From Chloroflexota bacterium (GTDB lineage Bacteria; Chloroflexota; UBA11872; VXOZ01): a DNA stretch of 64,000 bases. Shown one piece after another: positions 45,081 through 54,439 of the stretch. Numbering within the stretch: the first letter of the stretch is position 1; each line of letters begins with the position of its first letter. Location: contig OZ244922.1 in the NCBI GenBank assembly GCA_965221905.1, forward strand, positions 264,232-328,231, in the 5' to 3' direction. Position numbers and translations under genes: made by a program. Below the pieces are notes generated by a model. The model did not search any database and had not been told where the DNA came from. It worked only from the letters and a program-made list of their open reading frames with translations.

Positions 45081-46382
45081 GTGCGGCTCCTCCTCGCGTC
45101 TCTCTTTCTGCTGCTTCTTGTTGCTTTCTCTGCCACATCGGTACACGCCACAGACTGTCAGTTCGTGCTCGGCTTCGAGACTCTGCGCGAACTGATCGGT
45201 CACGACGTAGTTGGCGAGTGCCTGGAGAACGAGCACTACGAAGCCAACGGTGATGGACTGCAACAGACCGCGGGCGGCCTTCTTGTCTGGCGCAAAGCAG
45301 ATAACTGGACCGCTTTCACCGACGGCTACCGCACGTGGATAAACGGTCCCAACGGTCTTGAACAGCGTCTCAACACCGAGCGCTTCGAGTGGGAGTATGA
45401 CTACGCGCCGGGCGGCGGTATCGCCACGCCAACGCCTACTCCCATGGAACTCAATCCCGAGCACATCCTCGTTCCCGTGCTAGAAGTGATGCGATCGACG
45501 CCAAGTGGAGAGGGCGCCTACCAGGACTTACTCCGATTGGGAGTGGGTATAACCTTTGGCGGCAATCCGCCCTGGGGAAAGTACATATTTGATGTGCCAA
45601 GCAATCGGATAGTGCTTTACGGAAACTATGTACACGAGGCACCGGACACAATTGCTCATCTTGTCGCTGAGGCGGCTGAGCTTGCAAAGTGGTTCCATGT
45701 ACACGGCGAGCCGACGACTCCCGAGGAATGCATCGAACGTAAGTACCTAGCCTTGACGTCACGGGAAATATGGTTGACAGAGTTTAACGGTTACTCTCCG
45801 GTGTCGGATGTGGAGAGGCGTTTGCGAGCGGAACAATACGTGCATCACCGCATTCATCGCGATTCGGAATTCTGCCCTGCCGTGCCAAGAGCGTCTGCGC
45901 GAGATGCGCATATTGCGCAAACGCTTGAGACCATGCGCCAGACGGCGACCGGTAGGCGCGTACATGATTGGTTCGTAGAATCCGGTGTGAGTGCGTACTT
46001 TGATCAGATAGAATACCGTGGCGGTGTCTACTCTCCAAGGAATAACTACATTGCAATCCACGAAGCCCACCGCAATAGCCCGGTGAACGCCGCCGCCTGG
46101 TTCGTGCACGAGACCATTCATGCGATGACACACGACGAACCAGAGTCTCAGGAAGAGTGCTATAGGCAAGAAGAGCGTGCGTTTAGCTGGCAAGCCCAAT
46201 GGTGGATGGAGTACTTTGGCAATGGCGGGAGCGGGTTGCAGGATGAAGACTCTAAGTCACAGGACTCTATCTTGAGGGACTACCTCGGTGGAATACTGCT
46301 CAACGCTATCCGGGGAACACGGGCCTACCAGGACTATTGTGGCGCTTACCACGCCGGCGACATACCCTTGCAAATGCATTGA
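45081..46382 (+). CDS. Secreted protein with an N-terminal Cys-containing module and tandemly duplicated HExxH-metallopeptidase-like domains
   Basis: Signal peptide MRLLLASLFLLLLVAFSATSVHA. Internal repeat: LEVMRSTPSGEG...VHEAPDTIAHLVAEAAELAKW...PEECIERKYLALTSREIWLTEF versus LETMRQTATGRR...FVHETIHAMTHDEPESQEECYRQEERAFSWQAQWWMEYF. Only the second copy keeps HExxH (HETIH). Confidence 0.6.
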   Translation: MRLLLASLFLLLLVAFSATSVHATDCQFVLGFETLRELIGHDVVGECLENEHYEANGDGLQQTAGGLLVWRKADNWTAFTDGYRTWINGPNGLEQRLNTERFEWEYDYAPGGGIATPTPTPMELNPEHILVPVLEVMRSTPSGEGAYQDLLRLGVGITFGGNPPWGKYIFDVPSNRIVLYGNYVHEAPDTIAHLVAEAAELAKWFHVHGEPTTPEECIERKYLALTSREIWLTEFNGYSPVSDVERRLRAEQYVHHRIHRDSEFCPAVPRASARDAHIAQTLETMRQTATGRRVHDWFVESGVSAYFDQIEYRGGVYSPRNNYIAIHEAHRNSPVNAAAWFVHETIHAMTHDEPESQEECYRQEERAFSWQAQWWMEYFGNGGSGLQDEDSKSQDSILRDYLGGILLNAIRGTRAYQDYCGAYHAGDIPLQMH

Positions 46383-46504
46383 CTGCAGCGGAAGACACAT
46401 TCTTAGTGGCTGTACTGGGCACTATTTCGCTGCAAGCTAGTTGTTTCGTGTAGCTTCTTACGGCGCACTTTTCCTGGGAGGGGGCCGCGGGAAAAGATGG
46501 TTGT

Positions 46505-46795
46505 ATGAACTTGCTTCCGAGGGAGCCAGTTGACACGTTCAACAAGCTTTGGGAGGATGAAGCAGAGGGAGTATTGTATGGATGGCCTATCGGACTGGGT
46601 TCAAGTGATTGTCGCTATCGTGGCGCTCTTGGGTCTACTTTGGCGATTGAAACCTGCATCTCAGGATTAGAATCACGCTTAGGTGAGCGCATTGCCCATC
46701 TTGAAGCAAGTTCCGCTGGCTTGTTGAGTCGGCTTTCGCGGATTGAAAACGTGCTGGACCAGTTCTTGATGCGGACTGGCAGGGGGGAGCAATGA
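46505..46795 (+). CDS. Hypothetical small protein (C-terminal coiled-coil-like); the N-terminal part is doubtful
   Basis: The track ORF is coupled by ATGA to the next ORF. An alternative 30-codon TM micro-ORF in another frame lies at 46578-46670 (see findings). Confidence 0.35.
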   Translation: MNLLPREPVDTFNKLWEDEAEGVLYGWPIGLGSSDCRYRGALGSTLAIETCISGLESRLGERIAHLEASSAGLLSRLSRIENVLDQFLMRTGRGEQ

Positions 46796-47127
46796 AAGTG
46801 CCCAGTGGGGATAGCATGCTGGAAGAGGTCACCGGAAATATCATAGAGCTTTGCCAGCATAATGATGTTCCTCATACAACTGGTATCATTCACAGCGATG
46901 GCAAGAACATTGACTTCGAGATATATGGGGTGCCTGAGAATCCTAAGCACCAGAATGCTCGTGATGCATACGCTGCGAAGCGTGCCGTTACCTTAGCAGG
47001 TTTATTGCTGAGTTATTTGAAAGAGCATGAATTTGTGCGCACATACGTAACAGCCGGGAGAAATCTGGCTGAAGTTTCCGGGGAGCCGACGACTTACCTG
47101 GATGTCTCAGAAGTGCGTGTACTGTAG
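46792..47127 (+). CDS. Hypothetical protein (111 aa)
   Basis: ORF with a 4-nt overlap to the upstream ORF. No recognisable motif. Confidence 0.4.
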   Translation: MKVPSGDSMLEEVTGNIIELCQHNDVPHTTGIIHSDGKNIDFEIYGVPENPKHQNARDAYAAKRAVTLAGLLLSYLKEHEFVRTYVTAGRNLAEVSGEPTTYLDVSEVRVL

Positions 47128-47657
47128 TCCCTGCACAGACTCCTAGTCTGGAGTAGCATAGTGGGCGCAGAAAATCTGGATTTGGTTGTCCTTGCGGCAA
47201 CGCCGTCTTGGTGGTCGACATTGCCGAGTTGTTGCTAGGCCGGTAACATTGTGGATCTCTGGCAGGAACAGGTTGTTTCTGTCGCAAGTCTTTGGCAGCG
47301 CCATATTCTTCCTTTCCCTCTCAGATTCAGGCTGTCTTTTCTTGCCTACTCTTAGGCGCATTGTTCCGCAGATAAGCTAACCGCTTTATTTGGTGGCTCT
47401 AGCCAGACCTACTCAGTCTTGAACTACTGATTGCGCGGAAGTTCTACGAAACTATGTGCTCATTGCGAGACAAAGCGGTCGCAGTGCGCCCCGCTAAGAA
47501 GAAGAACTTTGGATGATGTTCCACCCGAAGCGCCAGGAAATGTGTCGAATTTCATCATATCTTCGAGGTCCAGAACGCGTATTAGCGGGTCGCCTAGGCG
47601 TAGAATGCTTGGGCGGGTTCTCTTGAGAGCGGGGGTAGTCCCAGGTAGAGTTGCTCA

Positions 47658-48842
47658 TTAAGGGAGAGTCACCGTATCGTCCGCGACACGCAGGATTTGT
47701 GCCGAATCCAGGACGGTCTGCGAGAATTGCCGGAGGTCGGAGGTGGTGGCGAACACTTGGACGTTGGGAGCAAGGGACGCGAGGACGTGTTGGCGGCGCT
47801 GGGCATCTAGTTCGGAGAGAAAATCATCTAGAAGAATGACCGGCCACTCGCCGGACTCCGCGTGGAGCAGGGAAACCTCGGTGAGCTTGAGGGTGAGGGC
47901 TGCGAGCCGTTGTTCGCCGCGGGAACCGAAGGTAGCCAGAGGGTGTTCGCTGCGCAGGAAGGTAAGATCGTCACGATGCGGGCCCACGACCGTGACCGCT
48001 TGTGCGCGCTCGCGGGGCGCCTGCTCCTCGAGGGCGGCGGCAAACGCTGCCTGAATCTCTGCCAGCCAGGCTTGCGGTAAAGCGCTGCTGCGAAGCTCGG
48101 CGGGGAGGTGCGGTGTTTCTGGGAGCGGCACGGTCGATTCGTAGCGTAGGCGCAGGTCGGTAGCAGTTCCTATGAGCGTGTCGTAGCGGGTGGAGAGTGG
48201 TTCTGCTACGTGTTCAACGAAGACCACGCGGAGGGCAGTAATCAATGCTCCCAAAGTCGTAAGCTCACGGTTCCATGCTGCAAGCTGCCGCTGGTCGCGG
48301 GTCGATCCGTCGCGCAGGGCGCGCAACAGTGCGTTCCGCTCCGCCATCACGTGCTCGTAGTTTTGCAGCATGCGTAAGTATTGCGAATCAATGCGGCTGA
48401 GCAGGTAATCGAGATAGCGCCGCCGGCTACTGGGTGGACCGTCCACCAACGCGATATCATGGGGCGTAAACAGGACCACGTGCAGGTGTTGCAGGAGGCT
48501 CGAAGCGCGACGGGGCACGCCGCCAATGCGGATGCGCTTGCTAAACGCGGAGTCTGGTTGTTCGGCGGCCCAGATCACCTCTAGCGAGGTTTCATGATCC
48601 CCGGCCCCTACTTCTCCGGCCACCCGTGTGTAGGGGCGATCTGGATCCGGCGCGAAGCTGCGCATTTCCACATCGGAACGGGCCCGGAAGGAACGGCCTG
48701 TGGCTAGGCAGTGCATGGCTTCAAGGATATTCGACTTCCCAGCGCCGTTCGGACCCGTAAAGATCGTCAACCCCTGCGCGAGCGAGAGCACGGCGGAGCG
48801 ATAGTTACGGAAGTTGGTGAGAGAAAGCGCGCTGAGATACAC
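47658..48842 (-). CDS. recF: DNA replication and repair protein RecF
   Basis: MYLSALSLTNFRNYRS...GPNGAGKSNILEA Walker A and a C-terminal SMC-like signature/Walker B (ILLDDFLSELD). Confidence 0.93.
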   Translation of the reverse strand: MYLSALSLTNFRNYRSAVLSLAQGLTIFTGPNGAGKSNILEAMHCLATGRSFRARSDVEMRSFAPDPDRPYTRVAGEVGAGDHETSLEVIWAAEQPDSAFSKRIRIGGVPRRASSLLQHLHVVLFTPHDIALVDGPPSSRRRYLDYLLSRIDSQYLRMLQNYEHVMAERNALLRALRDGSTRDQRQLAAWNRELTTLGALITALRVVFVEHVAEPLSTRYDTLIGTATDLRLRYESTVPLPETPHLPAELRSSALPQAWLAEIQAAFAAALEEQAPRERAQAVTVVGPHRDDLTFLRSEHPLATFGSRGEQRLAALTLKLTEVSLLHAESGEWPVILLDDFLSELDAQRRQHVLASLAPNVQVFATTSDLRQFSQTVLDSAQILRVADDTVTLP

Positions 48843-48934
48843 GGTGCGTCCTTCTGACTGCTGCAGAGTGAACTGGGGAATGTTTCACGTGAAACAAACC
48901 GGGTTGCCGGTGCGGCAAAGCCGGCGCAGACCGG

Positions 48935-49864
48935 CTAACCCTCGCGCCAGGGCGGCACGTCCCAGGTATTCACCCACTCCCATTCCCACTCTATGCGCTT
49001 CTCCGGCAGCTTGAGCGCATATTCGATGCCGGCCGTAAAGGGGAGCACCTGGGTCCGCGGGCCGACTTTCTCGCGATAGTACTCTATGAACGCACCGACG
49101 TCACTTGCGTTTGGCGGCCAGTGTCCCTCCGGCACCGGATCCGACTTGCGGTCGGTGCGGTAGTGCACGGGGATCACAGCGTAGGGCCGTATGTAGTCCA
49201 CAAAGTCCTCGAGTTCGGTCGATTGGTGTTCCGCACTCGTCGGCGAGAGACCGAGCTTCATGTGAATGGCAAAGTCCACCCGCCCGCGCAACGCCTGCAT
49301 CGCCGGATAGGCAGCCCACGCGTCGCCAATGTGCAGAAAAGAGAGATTCAAGGCTTTGTGGGTCACCAAGAAGCCTAGGTTTGGCAGATCGGGGCGCTGG
49401 TTCTCGCCGCTCTCGATGGTTTCCACGTGAAGCGCGCCAAGATCAACGTCGGTCGGACCGGGAAACTCCCGCGGTTGCGCCGGCCCCGCCCAGGGTCTGC
49501 CCCGCTGCTGCTCGTTTTGATGCTGCGGATACATCACCTGTATCTTCTCCGCCGGCACGTGCTTCGTAATAGGCAGGTCGCGGGAAAACGCCGCGTCGCC
49601 ATACTTCTCATCAATCGGCTCGTCCGGCCAAAGGCAGCCCGGCGGCACGAACAACCGCTTGAACCGCTCGCCCTGACAGAGCTTGCGGAGAGTCTTGGGA
49701 TGGCAGTGGTCGAAGTGCTCGTGACTGATGAAGATGTAATCGTAGATGGGCTGCGCGTTGTCGAGGTTTTCGCCAAAGAGATACGGATCGAAGGCAATAT
49801 TCACATCGCCAAAGCGCACGTCAAAAGCCCCACACCCCCACCACCGCAGCCAAATGCGTTCCAT
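48935..49864 (-). CDS. MBL-fold metallo-hydrolase
   Basis: IFISHEHFDHCH (HxHxDH motif). Confidence 0.75.
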   Translation of the reverse strand: MERIWLRWWGCGAFDVRFGDVNIAFDPYLFGENLDNAQPIYDYIFISHEHFDHCHPKTLRKLCQGERFKRLFVPPGCLWPDEPIDEKYGDAAFSRDLPITKHVPAEKIQVMYPQHQNEQQRGRPWAGPAQPREFPGPTDVDLGALHVETIESGENQRPDLPNLGFLVTHKALNLSFLHIGDAWAAYPAMQALRGRVDFAIHMKLGLSPTSAEHQSTELEDFVDYIRPYAVIPVHYRTDRKSDPVPEGHWPPNASDVGAFIEYYREKVGPRTQVLPFTAGIEYALKLPEKRIEWEWEWVNTWDVPPWREG

Positions 49865-50125
49865 GGGCTTTCATCTACCTTCGTATGTTTACAACTCGAC
49901 GGATTCAAACCGATTCGAACCCAACGAATGAGGGCAACCCGATAGGCTCCAACCTCAGGATGCGGCTATCGCTTTGGTGCGCCTGTACCTTCAGATCGAG
50001 ATCAGTTTGCGTTCACAGCATAGCACATTGATTGGGACGCTTTGGCCCAGCAGCGCGGAGGGCTGATGTAACCGGCCAGACGCGCGGCAGCACGCACGAT
50101 GTGAATGGAACTGACTCACCGAGAA

Positions 50126-50533
50126 TCAGAACAATCCACTGAGGGCCTCCTGGGGAGCCACTGCACGAATTGGAGAACGTGCGTAGTCCCTGCCGTTCCG
50201 CGTGACAATGTGCCTAGCCCCGCAGGCACGAGCGGCAGCCACCTGCATGGCGTCTTCGAAGTCAGGCATTGGTAGCTCGGCGGCATAGCGGATGCTTTCG
50301 GTGTCGGTCGTAGCTACCGCCACGAAGCGCGTAAGCTCGACAATGAAGTCGCGCGCGCTCACGCCTCCAAGCGCTGGAGACACGATGTAATAGAAGTTGG
50401 ATATGGAGTGCCACGCGATGAAAGCCGCCTCCGCGCCGTGCTCAATCCGGTCCAGCAGTTCCGACGCTGGTGCGGAATGCGGATGCCTGTCGAGTGCAAC
50501 GTCTATGAGTACGTCGGTGTCGAGAAGTATCAT
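50126..50533 (-). CDS. vapC: PIN-domain toxin VapC
   Basis: MILLDTDVLIDV, with acidic residues positioned as in PIN domains. Start overlaps the upstream antitoxin stop by 4 nt. Confidence 0.85.
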   Translation of the reverse strand: MILLDTDVLIDVALDRHPHSAPASELLDRIEHGAEAAFIAWHSISNFYYIVSPALGGVSARDFIVELTRFVAVATTDTESIRYAAELPMPDFEDAMQVAAARACGARHIVTRNGRDYARSPIRAVAPQEALSGLF

Positions 50534-50757
50534 CGGAGGTACTTATCGGCCAGTGCATCATAGCGCGGATCATCATCGCGCTCCGCCGCCCGAAACTTGC
50601 CTCGCCACCGCTCGGAAAAGGACGGCTCGTATTCCCCCGCCATTTCCCTGAGAGACTGCTCAACCAGTGACGAAAGGGACACGCCCCGAGAACGGGCGTA
50701 GCGTTTGGCCACCGGCAGTAGGTCGGCGTCCACCGTAATCGTGAGCTTCTGTTTCAT
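50530..50757 (-). CDS. vapB: Antitoxin (RHH/VapB-like) of the VapC module
   Basis: 75 aa. MKQKLTITVDADLLPVAKRYARSRGVSLSSLVEQSL. Coupled to vapC. Confidence 0.75.
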   Translation of the reverse strand: MKQKLTITVDADLLPVAKRYARSRGVSLSSLVEQSLREMAGEYEPSFSERWRGKFRAAERDDDPRYDALADKYLR

Positions 50758-50782
50758 CGTAGCTTGGCACCTCCGAAATTAG

Positions 50783-50810
50783 TATACTTATGCTCTATAC
50801 AAGTATACGT
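50783..50810. promoter_or_regulatory. Inverted repeat AGTATACTT-N11-AAGTATAC upstream of vapB (candidate operator)
   Basis: Seen directly, 26-53 nt upstream of the vapB ATG. Confidence 0.35.
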
Positions 50811-51178
50811 GCTTCGGTAGTGATATACAAGAGGGCCAATGCCAGTGACCATCTGTTTCGGGGGTGCTGATGGTGTTTTTAGGTCGCCAAGTACTATTTC
50901 TGGCAAGAGGAGGCAAGGAAATTGACTGGTTTAGAGCTAGGCGAATTGCTAGTTTCTCTGGTTGATGCTGCGGCTTTGCCATTGTTCGCGCTTGTTGTCA
51001 TTCTCATGCTTCGGTCACCTCTGACAGAAGGGACCTCTTTCACGGATAGATTCACATGCAAGTACTGGCAGGTGGATGTCAGAGGGATCTCTAGGGAACC
51101 CACCAAGAAAGAGAGGTCACCGGAGGCGTTTGACGAGGAGTCTTCTTGGGACCCCACCTTCCCACGACGGCTGGATGA

Positions 51179-51913
51179 TCAAGAAGGAGCAGGCACCGTC
51201 AGGCGCAGGAGGATGGTGTTGTCTATTTCCAGGTTGCTGCCCCAGATGAGTCGGGCGGATTCGTCCCATTCAATCCGGTTGTAGCCGTCCTTGGGCCGCA
51301 CAGCGGCCTCCGACCACTCGGTGGCGGTCTCCCACTGGCTGGCGTCAAAGTCGGCACCGGCCCAGCCTGGAGGGGCCTCCGTGCTCTCGAACCGGCAGGC
51401 GGTGTTCGGATCCGCGGCCTTCTCGCACTCGGGATTCAGCGGCGCGCGATGGATCACCATCACCATCCAGTCCCCGTTCGTCACCGCTACAATCTTCCCG
51501 GTGCCGACATCTGTGATTTGCGCGATGATGCCGCCGTCGCCCATCTGTTGGTTGCGCTCTCCGATGTACTCGAGTCCCGAATCAGTTTCCTTGAAGTCTT
51601 TGGCTTCAATGCCGATGGTCAGGGGATAGGCGGCGGTGAACGTGATGGTCTCGGCGTTGAAAGAGCGCTCTGTCGTGATGGGTGTCGAATCCTTGCCGAC
51701 CAACTGTCCATTAACGTAGAGGGCGAACCAATTGTCGGCCCACACCTCAGCCACGAATTGGGACGTTGCGCTTTGGACGGAAGGTGGTTCCGTTGCATCG
51801 GGTACCGGGGAGGCGACCCCGGCTGTGGCGTCACCGTTGCCGGAACCACAGCCAACGGCCAACCACGTTATTACCAGCAGCGCTAGAATGCTATTTGCAA
51901 GGGATTTGGACAT
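51179..51913 (-). CDS. Lipoprotein of unknown function
   Basis: MSKSLANSILALLVITWLAVGCGSG lipobox after GAGGAGA. Beta-rich body (VWADNWFALYVNGQLVGKDS...). No family recognised. Confidence 0.6.
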   Translation of the reverse strand: MSKSLANSILALLVITWLAVGCGSGNGDATAGVASPVPDATEPPSVQSATSQFVAEVWADNWFALYVNGQLVGKDSTPITTERSFNAETITFTAAYPLTIGIEAKDFKETDSGLEYIGERNQQMGDGGIIAQITDVGTGKIVAVTNGDWMVMVIHRAPLNPECEKAADPNTACRFESTEAPPGWAGADFDASQWETATEWSEAAVRPKDGYNRIEWDESARLIWGSNLEIDNTILLRLTVPAPS

Positions 51914-52509
51914 GCATCTTTCTCCTCTTCCACTCCGTTTTGGTTGGGTCATGGTCATCCGGCTCCACTTGCTATGGCGCCAAACCATGGCTCTATAGTC
52001 CGATTGGAACGAGCAACATCGCCGCATGGATTCTGCGGACGTAAGGAAGCCCGAGACACACTTCCCGCACTACGTACACTGCTAGTGTAAACGGCATGGT
52101 TCAAGAAAGTATGAATATCACTCCCCCCTTAGTTTTGAGCTGCAAACTCGCTGGGGCTTTAGGATATGGACTAGAGTACAATGGAATTCGTGTGACTGGG
52201 GACGAAATTCGGTTATGGGCCCCGATTGTTCGTGCTATGTTGAGCGAGCTGGGGGTCTTTGCATCGTGCGCAAGACTCCGCTGGCGCGTGTCCTGAATTC
52301 CCGGCCACCCATTGACGAGGATTGCACGAGTTTGTTGCTCGGAGGCTTTTCTTACTTGATTGGAATAGGGGCCCGGCGTTCACAGTAGAGGGGCTTCTCG
52401 CTGGTGAAGTGACCTTCGTAACGCTAAACGGCCAACCTTCCATTCATCATTCGTCACAACCGACACACGTTACTGTCCTAAGAAGACACTTTAAAGAGGT
52501 AGTACATCT

Positions 52510-53775
52510 ATGTTCGAGAAGACCGCACTGGCAAACGGAATGCGCGTGGTCACCTCCACACTGCCGCATACGCGCTCGGTATCGGTAATTGTATTGGTCC
52601 GTGCCGGTTCACGCTACGAAAACGAGCCCGAGGCCGGCATTGCCCATGTCTTTGAGCACATGCTCTTCAAAGGCAGTAAGAATTGGCCGACGGCGCAGAT
52701 CGTGAGTGAGTCCATCGAGGGTGTTGGCGGATCGATGAACGCCAGCACCGACAAGGAAGTGGTGGACTACTGGTGCCGGGTGGCCCAGCCGCACTATACG
52801 CTGGCGATGGAATTGCTCGCCGATATTTTCCTCCATCCGCTGCTCGAAGATGAAGAGCTAAAGCGCGAGCAGGGCGTGATCTTGGAAGAGTTGCGGATGT
52901 ATCATGACGATCCTCGTAGCTGGGTGAGTATTTTGAGCGACGAAATCTGCTGGCCGGGACATCCGCTGGGCCGAGACATCGGCGGCAGCCCCGAGACTGT
53001 GCTGGGCATTACATCGGACATGATCCATGATTACCGCGGTCGCATGTACAGTCCGCAAAACACCGTGTTGTCGGTAGCAGGCAACGTCACACACGAGCAA
53101 GTTGTGGCTGATGCCGAGCGTCTCTACGGCGCTTGGACGAACGGAGCGCCGGGGGATTTCTTACCCTGGGAGGGTAACGGACAGGAGCCGGCCGCAATCG
53201 GCGAAGGGCGAGAATCGGTGGAACAGATGACTATGCTGCTTTCGTTCCCGGGCCTTTCGTTGTTCGATGAAGACCGCTATGCTCTGGGCCTCCTGAATAC
53301 CGTGCTTGGCGAGGGCATGAGTTCTCGGCTCTTCCTGGAAGTCCGCGAGAAACGCGGTTTGGCATACAGTGTTGGCTCGTATCCGCGTCACCAGCTCGAC
53401 ACCGGTATCTTCACGGTGTATGGCGGCGTTGATCCGGACAACGCGCCGGATGCCCTGCGCTGCATCATGGACGAAATCAGAGGCCTGCAAAATCCGGTGC
53501 CGGAGACGGAACTGCGCAAGGCGAAGGAGTTTACCAAGGGGCATCTCCTGCTTGGCTTGGAGAGTACGCAAAGCGTGGGCGGATGGGGCGGCGTGCGCGA
53601 GCTCATTCACGGGGAACTCATCACGGCTGATGAGGCAGTGGCCCGCGTCGAAGCGGTGACCGTGGACGAGATTCAGCAAGTTGCCGAACGGCTCTTTACT
53701 TCCAATGCCGTCAAGCTCGCCGTTATGGGCCCGCGCGATCTCAGCCAGGAACTGCTACCGATTGTGACACAGTGA
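52510..53775 (+). CDS. Peptidase M16 (insulinase/pitrilysin) family zinc protease
   Basis: Inverted zinc motif HVFEH (HxxEH) followed by LFKGS. 421 aa. Confidence 0.88.
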   Translation: MFEKTALANGMRVVTSTLPHTRSVSVIVLVRAGSRYENEPEAGIAHVFEHMLFKGSKNWPTAQIVSESIEGVGGSMNASTDKEVVDYWCRVAQPHYTLAMELLADIFLHPLLEDEELKREQGVILEELRMYHDDPRSWVSILSDEICWPGHPLGRDIGGSPETVLGITSDMIHDYRGRMYSPQNTVLSVAGNVTHEQVVADAERLYGAWTNGAPGDFLPWEGNGQEPAAIGEGRESVEQMTMLLSFPGLSLFDEDRYALGLLNTVLGEGMSSRLFLEVREKRGLAYSVGSYPRHQLDTGIFTVYGGVDPDNAPDALRCIMDEIRGLQNPVPETELRKAKEFTKGHLLLGLESTQSVGGWGGVRELIHGELITADEAVARVEAVTVDEIQQVAERLFTSNAVKLAVMGPRDLSQELLPIVTQ

Positions 53776-53808
53776 TCTGCTGACACCAGATGCGGCGCCA
53801 AAAGAATC

Positions 53809-54321
53809 ATGTATTTCGACGGAAAGGCACGTCCATTTCGCCAAGGGCACTGCTTCAAGGTCTCGGCTGCCTTGCTGGGTATCTTCGCGCTCGCGTGCTT
53901 CCTCTTGGCGGGATGTACGCTCGGTGGCGATGAGGGCCTACGCTTGGAATTCGGGAGCAGCGTGCGTCTTAACGGCGGCGGCAATACGGCGATTACAGTT
54001 GTGGTGCGGAACGTCAGTGATAGGCTCTACACCGATGAGGAGGACATTGACGGGCGCGGCGAAGTGTTCAATGGCTCAGAACAGTTGCTGGCGCGGTTTG
54101 CGCAAGTACCGGTCGAGCGACTCGCGGCGGGCGAGGAGACGACACTCGCCACCTGGCAGGGCGTCCTCGAAGAGGGCACCTATCTCATGCGCTGGACCAC
54201 ACCCCGCCACGGCGGCGTGGAACTGGAATTCACTTTGCTGAAGCGCTTTGGGGTGCTGGAAGTCGGCGCCTATCGTGAACGGCAGATCGCCCCTGATGTT
54301 GCTGCTTCGTCTGCGCCGTGA
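53809..54321 (+). CDS. Small lipoprotein of unknown function
   Basis: LGIFALACFLLAGCTLGG lipobox. No recognisable domain. Confidence 0.5.
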   Translation: MYFDGKARPFRQGHCFKVSAALLGIFALACFLLAGCTLGGDEGLRLEFGSSVRLNGGGNTAITVVVRNVSDRLYTDEEDIDGRGEVFNGSEQLLARFAQVPVERLAAGEETTLATWQGVLEEGTYLMRWTTPRHGGVELEFTLLKRFGVLEVGAYRERQIAPDVAASSAP

Positions 54322-54439
54322 TTCTAGGCGAGGTCGCACTCTTCTACACTGCTCGCTTTGGAGGAAAGTCACAGAGAGCGCGTCACCTTAGTAGGAACAG
54401 CCAGGATTTCGCTGAGTCATCAGTCTATGCAATGGGCGG

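Noticed and set aside
50922-51284. 120-aa TTG-initiated plus-strand ORF with a GAGGAGG-like SD and one hydrophobic segment
   Set aside because: It overlaps the 3' end of the well-supported convergent lipoprotein gene by about 100 nt, and its second half is low-complexity (RRLDDQEGAGTVRRRRM). It is kept only as a remote possibility.
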